The notes: generated by a model from the sequence alone, not told the origin. Shown: positions 9,248 through 19,430, counted from the first letter of the stretch. The stretch: 64,000 bases of DNA from Chloroflexota bacterium (GCA_965261635.1 OZ253463.1:555879-619878); one strand, 5' to 3'. Numbers and translations: made by a program.

Positions 9248-10555
9248 ATGGACATGGCGATTGAACGCTTGACGGAATGCATCGGGCGGGCTGTTCACCA
9301 GGCGGAGTTCACAAACGTCCTGAGACAACGCTTCAACTCGTCCGTGATGCACGAGTTTTACGCACGGAAGATGAAGAGCGAGTACAGCCTGTCCAACACG
9401 GACACTATAAGTGTCCGTGAAACTGAGCTGACCGAGCTCGTCTCGGAGCTAACGCCGATGGTTGCATGCTACACCTCGCCCGAGACTGGTGCAGTAGGCA
9501 ACGGCTTCTACAAGTTGATGGGGTCTTCAGCTTCGCCGCGTCTGCCCTCCGTCGAGGAATACGCGAAGATACTGGTTCTCGCAGCTGCGCGAGTGGGCCC
9601 GGAACGAGTCGCGGGTTTGTTCGCCGGGTGGGTGGAAAGCCAACCCATCCGGGTCTGGCTGTGTGCCTTGCTTAAGGGAGTGAGAACCGATGGCGGTCTG
9701 AGGCCCGTGGACGGGCTGTGTCTGGAAACACTGCCGAGCAACGGCGACGAGTTTCCTAGATCCCTCTCCGTCCAGATCGACAAGCACGACATTCGGCACG
9801 AGCAATACGCCCAGAGAGCGATCCTGTCTCTCGAACACGAAACGGGACCGGTGCTGTACTCCCCGAATGGTGAATCCACTGGCTTCCCAGAACTCTCGCC
9901 GCACCCCGCAATTCGCAATCCGGAACTTTCGTCGATGTCGATGGATGGTCTGTGCCGAGCAATGTCGATCGAGACCAATAGCTACGTAAACTGGTTCAGA
10001 CAGTGGTGGGACTACGGAGATGTAGACGCCTTCTTCCTCAACCCGGGATTCTCGTATTCTGGCAGAGACATAAGCAACTCTTCACCAAGCCTCGTCTCTG
10101 AGCAGCAGCTGGAGAGATGTCTGGAACTCCATAGCTTGCTGGACGGGTTCACCAGGTTGGACCTCGGCATTGCCAGGTGGCGCAGGTCGAAACGGGCGAC
10201 CACAAAAGAAGATCAATTGGTCGAACTGAGGATCGCGATGGAGTCTATTTTGCTTGCCGACGACAACGGAGCCGGCGAGAAGAGGCATCGTTTGGCGATT
10301 AGAGGTGCGTGGTTGCTTGGGGAGACACTCGAGGAGCGCAAGAAATACTTTCGAAGCCTCCAGAAGGCTTACGACTTTGCGTCAAACGTGATTCATGCCG
10401 GTAGCCTTAAAAAGAAGGATAAGGAAGCGCGGGATAGGGTTCTCCACGAAGCTCAGGACATTTGCCGGGATGCGATACTGCGGATTGCAGAGGCCAAGGC
10501 TATGCCGAATTGGACCGACATCATCTTGGGTAAGGGGTTTCATCCTCGCCCCTAA
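9248..10555 (+). CDS. hypothetical protein with C-terminal Rx4H (HEPN-like) motif
   Basis: 435-aa orphan, GC slightly below background; ...KEARDRVLHEAQDICRDAIL near the C-terminus fits R-x4-H followed by a helix. No other family recognised. Confidence 0.45.
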   Translation: MDMAIERLTECIGRAVHQAEFTNVLRQRFNSSVMHEFYARKMKSEYSLSNTDTISVRETELTELVSELTPMVACYTSPETGAVGNGFYKLMGSSASPRLPSVEEYAKILVLAAARVGPERVAGLFAGWVESQPIRVWLCALLKGVRTDGGLRPVDGLCLETLPSNGDEFPRSLSVQIDKHDIRHEQYAQRAILSLEHETGPVLYSPNGESTGFPELSPHPAIRNPELSSMSMDGLCRAMSIETNSYVNWFRQWWDYGDVDAFFLNPGFSYSGRDISNSSPSLVSEQQLERCLELHSLLDGFTRLDLGIARWRRSKRATTKEDQLVELRIAMESILLADDNGAGEKRHRLAIRGAWLLGETLEERKKYFRSLQKAYDFASNVIHAGSLKKKDKEARDRVLHEAQDICRDAILRIAEAKAMPNWTDIILGKGFHPRP

Positions 10556-10787
10556 GGCCCTGCGAGATAGGATGTAAATAGTGAGGCCGATTTTGACGAT
10601 AGACAGAAGCGGCTTCGACATGTTACTTGGTGGTCTGTGAAGCTTCTGAGGCCCTCTACGTAACGTTTGAGCAACAGTACGGATAGATCATTAGGGCAAG
10701 CGTAGCATGACGCCGCACGCCTGGGGGCAAGGCGCATGGCGTCGGCAGCTACACCTACGGCCTCTCAAACTGGCAGTTGCGAATCGC

Positions 10788-11180
10788 CTAGTCCAGCGCT
10801 GCGACCGCGTCGATCTCCACCAGCCAGTCTGTAGACGCCAGGGAGCCGATCTGCACCATGGTGGCGGCGGGGAAGGGCGCTTCCAGAATCTCGTTGCGCA
10901 CCATGGTAATGGTCTCTCGGAAGCGAATATCGGTGACGTACATATTCATGAAGACGACGTTATTGAACGTCGCGCCGGCGGCCTCCAAGAGGGCCTGGAT
11001 GTTGTCAAAGACCTGGCGCACCTGCGCTTCGATGTCGCCAGCGCCGACAATACTGCCGTCGCCGGCCGTCGGCCCTTGACCGGCAATGTAAAGCATCTCG
11101 TTGGCTTGCACGCGCAGGGCCATCGAGTATGGCGCGGAAGGCTGCGACATGCCTGCGCCAAGTAGGGGTTCTTTTTTCAT
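10788..11180 (-). CDS. ridA: RidA/YjgF/TdcF family reactive-intermediate deaminase
   Basis: MKKEPLLGAGMSQPSAPYSMA...YIAGQGP...; classic RidA length and motifs. The ORF extends to 11216 if the upstream ATG is used. Confidence 0.8.
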   Translation of the reverse strand: MKKEPLLGAGMSQPSAPYSMALRVQANEMLYIAGQGPTAGDGSIVGAGDIEAQVRQVFDNIQALLEAAGATFNNVVFMNMYVTDIRFRETITMVRNEILEAPFPAATMVQIGSLASTDWLVEIDAVAALD

Positions 11181-11483
11181 TGTGGGAGTTCCCTTCTCTT
11201 GTGGAATTGCGATCACTTTTCATACAACGGGCATTATAGCCGCAGTGCGGGCATTCTCCAAGAGATGATTGCACGTTTCCGCAAGTGCAAAGGCGGCAGC
11301 GCCTGCGTTCTGTCGGGCGTGTCAATTACCCAACCTTGTCTGCAGGCAGTGCCGGCGCCGCGACTCCGTGCGCTTGTGGATTCTGGGTATAGTCTTTTAT
11401 TCAGACGGTTTGCGTTGTTCGCGTGACGCGGCAGAACTGAACGGCTGGAAACAGCGCGGACACTGTCGTGGTATATATATGGA

Positions 11484-12383
11484 TTGAAGGAGAGTATTGT
11501 CTCACCCAAGGATGTCCCGCTCTACCCGTCTTCAAGGCAGACACGGAAAGGGAACAGTGCCATGAAAGCGCAATCAACCGCCGCCGAACCAATCTTGAGC
11601 GACGCACAAGTGGCGTCCTACCATGAGGACGGCTACCTAGTGCTCCCAAACGTGCTGTCGGCGCAGGAACTCGCGGCGCTGCGGGCAGCCGCCGACGCGC
11701 TGAACGAGGAGCGACTCCGTCGCGGCGGCGCGGAGCGCACCGTTGCCATACACGACGTGATCTTCTTGCAGGAAGCATTTATGGAAGCCGCCCACCATCC
11801 CGCGCTCGTGGGGGCGTCCGTGCAGCTTATCGGCGAGAACTTGCATCTGCTCCAGGCGCGGGTCCATTGGAAGCCCATCGCGAAAGGCGAAGGCGCCGTG
11901 GACTGGCATCAGGACTACCCTTTTCTGCCGCTGACCAATTACGACCTGCTGGCGGTGACGTTCTTGCTCGACGATACGACGGTGCAAAACGGGGCGTTGC
12001 AAGCAATCCCCGGCAGTCACGTGCGCGGCCCGCTGGACCACCACGACGCAGACGGTACTTTTGTGGGGCGCTGCACGACAACCGACGATTACGCATCGGA
12101 CGTTGCCAACGGCAACCTATACGATTTGGTAGGCCCTGCAGGCAGCATGACTATCCACCACGGAAACCTGCTGCACTACACACACCCGAATAACGGCGAC
12201 ACCCCGCGCCGGGCGTTGGTCTACCAAATTGCGGCAGGCGATGCGAGGCTGCTCGGCGGCAACTTCTACAAAGTCTGGCTGGTGTATCTCCATGGCAGCG
12301 ATCCTTTGGTAGCGCGCTTTTTGGACGGTTCGACGCAGCGCTTGCCCCTGTCCTTTTGCAACCTGGGAGGGTTGGACCGGTGA
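11484..12383 (+). CDS. phytanoyl-CoA dioxygenase (PhyH) family Fe(II)/2-oxoglutarate oxygenase
   Basis: DWHQDYPFLP (HxD facial triad), ...IPGSH..., HHGNLLHYT distal His. Confidence 0.7.
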   Translation: MKESIVSPKDVPLYPSSRQTRKGNSAMKAQSTAAEPILSDAQVASYHEDGYLVLPNVLSAQELAALRAAADALNEERLRRGGAERTVAIHDVIFLQEAFMEAAHHPALVGASVQLIGENLHLLQARVHWKPIAKGEGAVDWHQDYPFLPLTNYDLLAVTFLLDDTTVQNGALQAIPGSHVRGPLDHHDADGTFVGRCTTTDDYASDVANGNLYDLVGPAGSMTIHHGNLLHYTHPNNGDTPRRALVYQIAAGDARLLGGNFYKVWLVYLHGSDPLVARFLDGSTQRLPLSFCNLGGLDR

Positions 12384-12472
12384 GACGTTGACTTTAACGG
12401 AAACTGGACTCTATGATAAAAGTGCGAACAGATTTGGTGGGCACGTTCTGGGGGAACTGCTAAGGAATAAAC

Positions 12473-12940
12473 ATGTCTGGCGAACGCTATCTTCAGATTG
12501 GCGAGGTAGCAGAGCAACTCGGACTTACACCACGCACGCTCCGCTATTACGAAGAGATCGGCTTGCTCGCGCCGCCTTCCCGCATGGAGGGGGGCTTTCG
12601 GCTCTACTCTGCAGCGGATATCGTCCGCCTGGAAAATATCGTGCAACTCAAGCGGCTGCTGGGATTCTCGCTGGCTGAGATCAAGCAAGTGGTGGAGGCG
12701 ATGGAGTCGCTCAAGCTCCTGAGACAGGAGAGCAAGCTAGCCTCCGATCTGGAAACGAAGCGCGACACGCTGCAGAAGGCGCTGGTGATTCTGGAGCAAC
12801 AGGTGGACGTGTTGGATGGCCGCTTGCGCCAGGTGGCTGAGATGCGCGACAGATTCGATGAGCGCTCATTGCGCGTGCGGGAACGGCTGGAGCAAATCGA
12901 AGCCGAACTCCAAGTAGTGTTAGTGAATACCTCTTCCTAG
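12473..12940 (+). CDS. MerR family transcriptional regulator
   Basis: N-terminal YLQIGEVAEQLGLTPRTLRYYEEIGLL HTH, then a coiled coil. Confidence 0.8.
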   Translation: MSGERYLQIGEVAEQLGLTPRTLRYYEEIGLLAPPSRMEGGFRLYSAADIVRLENIVQLKRLLGFSLAEIKQVVEAMESLKLLRQESKLASDLETKRDTLQKALVILEQQVDVLDGRLRQVAEMRDRFDERSLRVRERLEQIEAELQVVLVNTSS

Positions 12941-12992
12941 CATTAAGAATCTGATTAGGCAGCTACGTTAGGGCTTTCAAGCGAAGAATGCG

Positions 12993-13019
12993 CCGGGAGT
13001 GCCGTCATTCCGGCTTTCG
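12993..13019. repeat. REP-like palindrome GTCATTCCGGC-tttc-GCCGGAATTC (family c)
   Basis: Hairpin with 9-bp arms; related copy at 62933-62959. Confidence 0.4.
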
Positions 13020-13341
13020 CCGGAATTCAGATCTCCCGCGATACGATGTCCTCACCAGAGTATTGGCCCTGAGTTTGCCAAGAGCATGCCGCTATCGGGC
13101 CGTATACGATGTTGTGACGGAGTGTCGCTCACACCATCCAACTTTTCTTTGCGTACCGTAATCCCTCACTAACTCTCCGGTCGGTGCGATCGGCTTGCGT
13201 TGGAATGTGTACTCCCCGACTTCTGTTGCGGTACTGTGCAAGCGCGGCTCTTACAAGGGGCAGTACCGTCATGCGGGGATTGACTGAGGGAGAGCACATG
13301 AAATCAAATCGGTTGCACACTGCCCATGAAGGGAGCAGCGC

Positions 13342-14385
13342 ATGGCAATTCAAGACCAGACGACGATTGCGGTAGAGACCTTTCAACAGGCCCTCGATGC
13401 CCTGCCGCGAGCGCAGTTGGCGAATCTCCCCACGCCGCTCGACTATTGCCCGCGCCTCACGGAGCACTTGGGCGGCCCCGACGTCTATATCAAACGCGAC
13501 GACCTCACCGGGCTGGCGCTCGGCGGCAACAAGACCCGCAACCTGGAATTTCTCTTCGGGGAAGCCATTGCGCAGGGAGCGGACTGCATCATTACCGGCG
13601 CCTATCCGCAATCGAACCAATGCCGGCAGACGGCGGCGGCCGCGGCAAAACTGGGGCTGGAATGCTATCTGGTGCTTGGCGCGTTGCGCCACCGGGCGGA
13701 CGTGCAGGGCAATCTGCTCCTCGATCACCTCTTTGGCGCGCACGTGGAAGTGGCGCCGGATGCGGACGACGTGGGCGTGCAGACCATCATCGACGAGCGC
13801 GTGGAGTCGCTCAAAGCTCAGGGCAGACGGCCTTACCGCTTCACGAATAAGTACCCCGAGCTTGCCGTAAAGTCAGTGGCGGGCTATCTGAGCGGTATGC
13901 TGGAGTTGCACGGGCAATTGGAGCGTCTGCCGGAACAGCCGACAACCATCGTCGTGACCTCCGGCTCCGGCTCTACTCATACCGGCATTGCGGCCACAGT
14001 GAAGGCGCTGGGCCTGCCCTACCGCGTCATCGGAATCTCGATCCGACCGCAGAATCCGCCGCAACGCGAACGCATTGCCGCCCTCTCCCAAAGCGCCGCG
14101 CAACACTATGGTATCCCCTGCGCCTTGACTCCTGATGAAGTGGACGTTCGTGAGGAGTACTTCGGCGCCGGACACGGCGTAACCACAGCTGCGGGTAGGG
14201 AAGCCGTGCGCACCGTGGCGCGCACGGAAGGCATCCTGCTCGACCTTACGTATACGGGCAAGTCGATGTCCGGTCTCATAGAACTGGTGCGCAACGGCAC
14301 GCTCAGCCGCGACGAACGCGTCGTCTTCGTGCATACCGGCGGCATTCCGTCGCTCTTCGCCCACGCTGATGAGGTGCTTGCGTAG
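13342..14385 (+). CDS. PLP-dependent D-cysteine desulfhydrase / ACC deaminase family enzyme
   Basis: KRDDLTGLALGGNKTRNLEFL (Lys-PLP site) typical of the DcyD/ACC deaminase fold. Confidence 0.7.
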   Translation: MAIQDQTTIAVETFQQALDALPRAQLANLPTPLDYCPRLTEHLGGPDVYIKRDDLTGLALGGNKTRNLEFLFGEAIAQGADCIITGAYPQSNQCRQTAAAAAKLGLECYLVLGALRHRADVQGNLLLDHLFGAHVEVAPDADDVGVQTIIDERVESLKAQGRRPYRFTNKYPELAVKSVAGYLSGMLELHGQLERLPEQPTTIVVTSGSGSTHTGIAATVKALGLPYRVIGISIRPQNPPQRERIAALSQSAAQHYGIPCALTPDEVDVREEYFGAGHGVTTAAGREAVRTVARTEGILLDLTYTGKSMSGLIELVRNGTLSRDERVVFVHTGGIPSLFAHADEVLA

Positions 14386-14667
14386 CTGTGCAGCGAGCGT
14401 GACGATCCGCGCAGGATGGGGCGAGCGAAGAAGCTGTGTCATACGTCTGCCTCGCCCAATTGCCGCAGATTCCTGATGAAGTGACGGCTAAAATATGCCG
14501 GCGTGGTAAGATACCACTCGCGGGTTCTCCTCAGGGATTGACGCGGCGAACGCACGAGAGCCCCACCCGCAGATTGAGCAGGTTCAAGAAGGCCAAAGCT
14601 AAGCATGGTTTTGGCGAGCTAGGCAATTGCACATCTATACCAGCATGTAGAGTAAGGAAGCGGATTC

Positions 14668-15993
14668 ATGACATCTGTGCCGACGGCGGATACGCAGCAA
14701 GAACTCTTGGCATTGAGTCGGCAGGTTTTTCCGGGAGGGTCGTCGGGCTTGTGGTGTCTGCCGGACGAGTATCAAATCGTGGTCAACCACGGGCTCGGCA
14801 GCCATGTGTGGGACATGACCGGCAGAGAGTATATCGACTGCATCCTGGGGTCGGGGCCGGTCATCATCGGCCATGCCCATCCGGCGGTTGTGGCGGCGGT
14901 GCAGGGGCAGGTGGCACAGGGCGCGACCTACTTCCTCCTCAATGAACCGGCAATTCGGCTGGCGGAAATGGTGGTTGATGCCGTGCCGTGCGCCGAGCAG
15001 ATTCGCTTCGTCAGCACCGGCACCGAGGCGACATTCTACGCGATTCGCATTGCCCGCGCCTTTACCGGACGCAACAAGGTGCTCAAGTTCGAAGGGGCGC
15101 TCCACGGCGGCAACGACTACGCCACCATGAGCACGACACCGCCGCACACCAGTGACTACCCCCACGGCATTCCGGATAGCAGCGGCATTCCGCCGCAGGT
15201 GCAGGAACAGGTGCTGGTCTCCGAATTCAACAATCTCGCGCTCACCCGCGAGTTGGTGCTCCGTCACGGCGACGACTTGGCGGCGATTATCATGGAGCCG
15301 CTGCAGCGCGCGCTCAACCCGGACCCGGGTTTCCTGGCTGCCATGCGCGACCTGGCCCACGAGGTCGGGGCGTTGCTTATCTTCGATGAAATCGTCACCG
15401 GCTTCCGCTTGGCATGGGGAGGCGCTCAGGAGTACTACGGCGTGGAGCCGGACCTGGCGGTGCTGGGCAAAGCGTTGGGCGGAGGCTACTCAGTGGGCGC
15501 GGTGGCGGGACCCGCCGAAATCATGGAGGTGGTTTCGTCCGCGATCAGAGGCACGCCGCGTTACGTATGGATGGGCGGTACGTTTAGCGGCAACCCGCTT
15601 AGCTCAGTGGCGGGCCTGGCGACCCTGGGCGTGCTGCAGGAAGAGGGCAGCTTTGCCCGTCTGCACGCGGTTGGCGATCAGGTGCGCACCGGACTTGAGG
15701 CGCTGGGTAGAGAGTGCGGCGAGCCGCTGCAGGCCATCGGCGCCGGGCCGCTGCTCCAGGTCTTCTTCGGCGAAGGCACCCTGCGCAGCTACCGCGACTG
15801 CCTGCAAACCGACAACACAAAGCGCATCGCCTTCGCCCGTGAACTGCTCCGCTCCGGCATCCTCACCAACCCCGGGGAAAAACTCTACTTCTCGCTGGCC
15901 CACACCGATGAGGACGTAGGAGAAATCCTCGACCGCGCTCGCACGGCACTCAAGACGGTGCAGGAGCAAGAGCAGACGAACGTCTCCGGTTGA
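14668..15993 (+). CDS. class III aminotransferase (HemL/GSA-aminomutase-like)
   Basis: GSGPVIIGHAHP..., FDEIVTGFR, and a PLP Lys in the VLGKALGGG context. Confidence 0.8.
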   Translation: MTSVPTADTQQELLALSRQVFPGGSSGLWCLPDEYQIVVNHGLGSHVWDMTGREYIDCILGSGPVIIGHAHPAVVAAVQGQVAQGATYFLLNEPAIRLAEMVVDAVPCAEQIRFVSTGTEATFYAIRIARAFTGRNKVLKFEGALHGGNDYATMSTTPPHTSDYPHGIPDSSGIPPQVQEQVLVSEFNNLALTRELVLRHGDDLAAIIMEPLQRALNPDPGFLAAMRDLAHEVGALLIFDEIVTGFRLAWGGAQEYYGVEPDLAVLGKALGGGYSVGAVAGPAEIMEVVSSAIRGTPRYVWMGGTFSGNPLSSVAGLATLGVLQEEGSFARLHAVGDQVRTGLEALGRECGEPLQAIGAGPLLQVFFGEGTLRSYRDCLQTDNTKRIAFARELLRSGILTNPGEKLYFSLAHTDEDVGEILDRARTALKTVQEQEQTNVSG

Positions 15994-16041
15994 ATGAACC
16001 GAGACGAGGCATTTGCCAAGTGCAGAGTCAGCTTGTTAATG

Positions 16042-16812
16042 TCAACCAATTACGCGCTGCTCTAGCCAAGGGTGATACGAAGGGTCCGCTGTGAACTGCG
16101 GATAGTCATCAGGCCAAGGCAACTTTACGTACCTCTTCTCACCCACCGCATTCACCAGTTCCTGGTTACATCCAAAGCCAATCAGGTGGACCCTGACGTC
16201 GCACCTCTTGAGTTCGTTGATCATACAAGTGTAGTCGCCGTCTCTGGCGATGAGTACGAGAATGGTACTTGACGGATCCTGGCCGCAGTCGCTTTTGCAA
16301 TGATCGATAACTGTCTCGTCCAAGTCTTCGCCTTCCTCCCAAACTTTCCAACCACGGTCAAGCAGAGCGTCGCTTGGGTCGAAAGGATTGGGCCACTGGG
16401 TGGCGCGGACGAATGCCTTGAATGTCCTTTGGGTCGCAGTTAGGAAACGCTTCTCACACTCTGCTCGAATCCATGCGTCTACATCCGGCACGTGCTGAAA
16501 ACGAGCAGCGATATCTGGAAAGTCCCACACAACAAGCAAGCGGGTCCGTTTCACTGTTTGCCTCTTTGTCTTCCTAAAGAAATTGGGAGAAATTCCATTT
16601 TCCATTGCAATTGAGTGGATAGCCGCAAGTGACTTTGCATCGGGGGTTGTGGCTCCAATCTCCCACCTGGAAACCGTGTTCGGAGGGATTCCGAGAGAAC
16701 GTGCGAGTTCCGCTTGCGAAAGACCAAGTTTCTTTCGCAACTCAACGATACTCTTTGGGTAGAAGTGGTACTGTCTCTGCTTTGCCGGTGCCACTCTTTT
16801 GCTCCGTTGCAC
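16042..16812 (-). CDS. XRE-family HTH fused to NYN (LabA-like PIN-fold) domain protein
   Basis: N-terminal LRKKLGLSQAELARSLGIPPNTVSRWE (Cro/C1 HTH); C-terminal LLVVWDFPD...LVLIARDGDYTCMINELKRCDVRVHLIGFG (NYN acidic residues). Local GC ~48%. Confidence 0.6.
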   Translation of the reverse strand: MQRSKRVAPAKQRQYHFYPKSIVELRKKLGLSQAELARSLGIPPNTVSRWEIGATTPDAKSLAAIHSIAMENGISPNFFRKTKRQTVKRTRLLVVWDFPDIAARFQHVPDVDAWIRAECEKRFLTATQRTFKAFVRATQWPNPFDPSDALLDRGWKVWEEGEDLDETVIDHCKSDCGQDPSSTILVLIARDGDYTCMINELKRCDVRVHLIGFGCNQELVNAVGEKRYVKLPWPDDYPQFTADPSYHPWLEQRVIG

Positions 16813-17081
16813 AGTGAGGATATGATGTTTCTCGATTTAACGATAGCAAGATGCTGTAGTTGAGTCAACAGATAAGTAGTGGCTTTTGGGAGTGTCTTTT
16901 GTTACAATAGTGGAGACTTGCCTGAGAGAGTACGCCCTTGGGAAAATGTACGTTATATCCCTTGGCAAGCTTGAAGCGACCCTTGCGGCAAGTTGGAGAT
17001 GGTAGCAAAGCCGTTATGGGTGTGACTATTCGCCGCCCCAAAGGGCCTCGGTTTGGTCATGCTTAGAGGAGGAGATTTCTA

Positions 17082-17810
17082 GTGAATAGGCAGCAAATCC
17101 ATCCGTTCGAAGGGGTACTGATTGATCGTTTTGGCGGACTCATACAAGCGGGAGAACACGACGGGGAGGAGGGCGCGGCTTGCGCCTTAGAAGCGGCTAG
17201 TGTGGCACGTGGGAGGGGGATCAGCGATAGTCCAGGCGATGCTGGACTACCTACGCTTTGGCCCCTCAGTGACGGCCTTGGAATTTGGCCAGACGACAAA
17301 ACTCGAACCAAGCACGTAATACCTTTGGTCAAGGCGCTATGGCGCTGGCCGCGATGGTCGAAGGGACAGCGGGCAGCTTGGAAACGGCGCGTAATCCAGC
17401 GCACGATCCAAGAGATACTTCCCTTCGTCCTCCGTTCAATCGGGCTTGAGAGCGAGGCTGACCGCTGCGAACAAGATGGAACGATAGAGGCGGCTGAAGC
17501 GGCCAGCGCAGCAGCCAATGGCGCGGTCAAAGATGCCCGCAAAGCGGCAGATAGTTTCCGCATGTTGGACGCAATACACGCGAGGGAAGCTGCCAATTAT
17601 GTGATCAAAGCTGCTCAAAGAAGAGAAGACTTTGATATAGCGTATGCCGCTTACAACGTTGCTCTTGCTGTTGGTGGTATCGCCAGAAGCTGTGACGCAG
17701 ATGCAACCGGCCCCATAGTTGACGGCGTCAGCGCGGTAAGTGTGCTATCGCTAACCTGCCGCATTTGGCGTGAGGAAGCCGAGCACATCCGGCAGTCAAG
17801 GTCAGGTTAG
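17082..17810 (+). CDS. hypothetical Ala-rich protein
   Basis: 242-aa ORF, no family recognised. Confidence 0.35.
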   Translation: MNRQQIHPFEGVLIDRFGGLIQAGEHDGEEGAACALEAASVARGRGISDSPGDAGLPTLWPLSDGLGIWPDDKTRTKHVIPLVKALWRWPRWSKGQRAAWKRRVIQRTIQEILPFVLRSIGLESEADRCEQDGTIEAAEAASAAANGAVKDARKAADSFRMLDAIHAREAANYVIKAAQRREDFDIAYAAYNVALAVGGIARSCDADATGPIVDGVSAVSVLSLTCRIWREEAEHIRQSRSG

Positions 17811-17962
17811 AAACTACTGCATAAACGCACTGATTTTTGGTGATCAACCCTTCGACAGGCTCAGGGCGAACGGAAGAGTGTAAGACTCCGTGCGCAGAAT
17901 GAGAAATCGTTTGTGCTGAGCCGTGCTTGTCCTCGTATCACTAGAGTTGCCTAGCGCTTCAC

Positions 17963-18520
17963 TTATTTGAGGCTCTCGCAGGCGGTGCCGTCTTCATCTC
18001 TATCGAGCTTGTTTGGGTCTGAACTATCCGCTTCCAATACCGCTTGAGCCTGCAACTGGTACTCAAAGTCTCCGCAGTTAAACTCGTCCCCTTGGCCAAG
18101 GTACTGTTGCGGGTCGAAGTCACTCTGCGGCGGTTCGGTAGGTATTGGGATTGGCGACGGAGTAGCAGCAGTTGGCGAAGGAGAGGGTGTTGGTGACGGA
18201 ACAGCAGTAGGCATGGAAGTTGGAGAGGGCTTGGGTGCTGGGACAGCCGTTGGCATAGGAGAAGGAGTAGCCAGCGGCGTACGGACAGGTGTAGCTGTCG
18301 GCTCAGGTGTAGCAGCAATAATAGCAAGCAGCAGCGGTGTAGCGGTAGCTTCCACGCGGGCGGTGGGCGGAGCACCGGAGGCCGAATTGCTCTCTTCGTC
18401 CCCTCCACAGGCGAGGACACTGAGGCAGGAGCCAATCAGCAGGACATAAATAAGACTAGCGGCGATCTGCTTCCCGCGCATACCCGTACGGAAAACGGGA
18501 ATTCTGCGTAGAACACCCAT
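17963..18520 (-). CDS. lipoprotein with Pro/Thr-rich linker and C-terminal Excalibur calcium-binding domain
   Basis: Signal/lipobox ...LSVLACGG, PT-rich spacer, and C-terminal DRDEDGTACE (DxDxDGxxCE Excalibur motif). Confidence 0.65.
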   Translation of the reverse strand: MGVLRRIPVFRTGMRGKQIAASLIYVLLIGSCLSVLACGGDEESNSASGAPPTARVEATATPLLLAIIAATPEPTATPVRTPLATPSPMPTAVPAPKPSPTSMPTAVPSPTPSPSPTAATPSPIPIPTEPPQSDFDPQQYLGQGDEFNCGDFEYQLQAQAVLEADSSDPNKLDRDEDGTACESLK

Positions 18521-19146
18521 GTATTCTTACTGCTCAAGTGTCAGGAATTGCATTCCCACCTCGCAACGGGTGCGGAACATGAATTGTGGGGGAATGGTGG
18601 TAAGGTGCCTACACATCCAAGTTGCCATGCTAATACACTGCTTCCCCCTCACCGTGCACAGCGAATCTTAGCGAAACCCACGCCAAGAGACATCAGACTG
18701 TGCCAAAATGGCGCTGGCAAGGACTGTCTTGACTAGCGTAGCGTCTTGCGCATGGCACGACCGGCCGCCTTGCCTGCCACGCGGCGCACGATGCGTTGTC
18801 CGACGCGTCCCTTGCGCACGGCGTTCACGTCACCGAGAAGCCGCGCCAACCAGTAGAGAAGTGACCGTATCTTCATCCGAGCTCCACAGTGCCATTCCAA
18901 TCTGGTGGGGAGTGTACCACAGACCTCCGCGCAGGAGCTGACCGGCAATGCGTAGACAAGACTGGTAACGACCTGCTTCCAACACACGCTCGAGCGAAAT
19001 CCGGTGATCTTGCGTATGAGACCCACTCGACGGTGCAACTACAACGTCACCATCGGCTCCAGGCCTATCGGCAACTAACTGATGTGCGCACATGTGAGGA
19101 AGGGCAACTGTAAATGTACTACTTTGACCTTCCCAATTGCACAGAT

Positions 19147-19166
19147 GGTACTGTTTAATGGTACCA
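19147..19166. promoter_or_regulatory. inverted repeat GGTAC-n10-GTACC upstream of hicA, candidate HicB operator
   Basis: Perfect 5-bp arms with a 10-nt spacer, ending 10 nt before the hicA ATG (19176); -35-like TTGACC at 19124-19129. Confidence 0.25.
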
Positions 19167-19175
19167 TCCCTTTAT

Positions 19176-19430
19176 ATGAGGAGGAAGCATCAGCGCACCT
19201 TAGAACGAGTCTTCACAAGGCCCACGCCATCCGACATCAGGTGGGCCGACATCGAGAGCATGTTAGAGGCAATCGGCGTGGAGGTCTCAGAGGGGTCAGG
19301 GTCGCGGGTGCGCCTGGTTGCTACTGACAGGGTGATGGTTGTTCATCGCCCACACCCGCGGCCAGAGACAGGAAAAGCAACCGTAAGGGATGTTGTCGCG
19401 TTTCTTGCGTCTGTAGGAGTTGAGCCATGA
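19176..19430 (+). CDS. hicA: HicA-family (YcfA-like) mRNA-interferase toxin
   Basis: Small basic protein ...GSGSRVRLVATDRVMVVHRPHPRPETGKATVRDVV..., 4-nt overlap with the downstream hicB. The ORF track offers a TTG start at 19137. Confidence 0.55.
   Translation: MRRKHQRTLERVFTRPTPSDIRWADIESMLEAIGVEVSEGSGSRVRLVATDRVMVVHRPHPRPETGKATVRDVVAFLASVGVEP

Noticed and set aside
13129-13743. 204-aa minus-strand ORF
   Set aside because: Overlaps the well-supported ACC-deaminase-family gene on the opposite strand; Arg/Ala-rich composition typical of GC-rich antisense frames.
14635-15360. 241-aa minus-strand ORF and the + frame-shifted ORF 15152-15919
   Set aside because: Lie inside or antisense to the class III aminotransferase gene; no motifs, composition artefacts.
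18540-19136. Small Arg-rich ORFs (18708-18941 +, 18733-19038 -) between the Excalibur lipoprotein and hicA
   Set aside because: Overlapping on both strands, no RBS or motifs; more likely non-coding.
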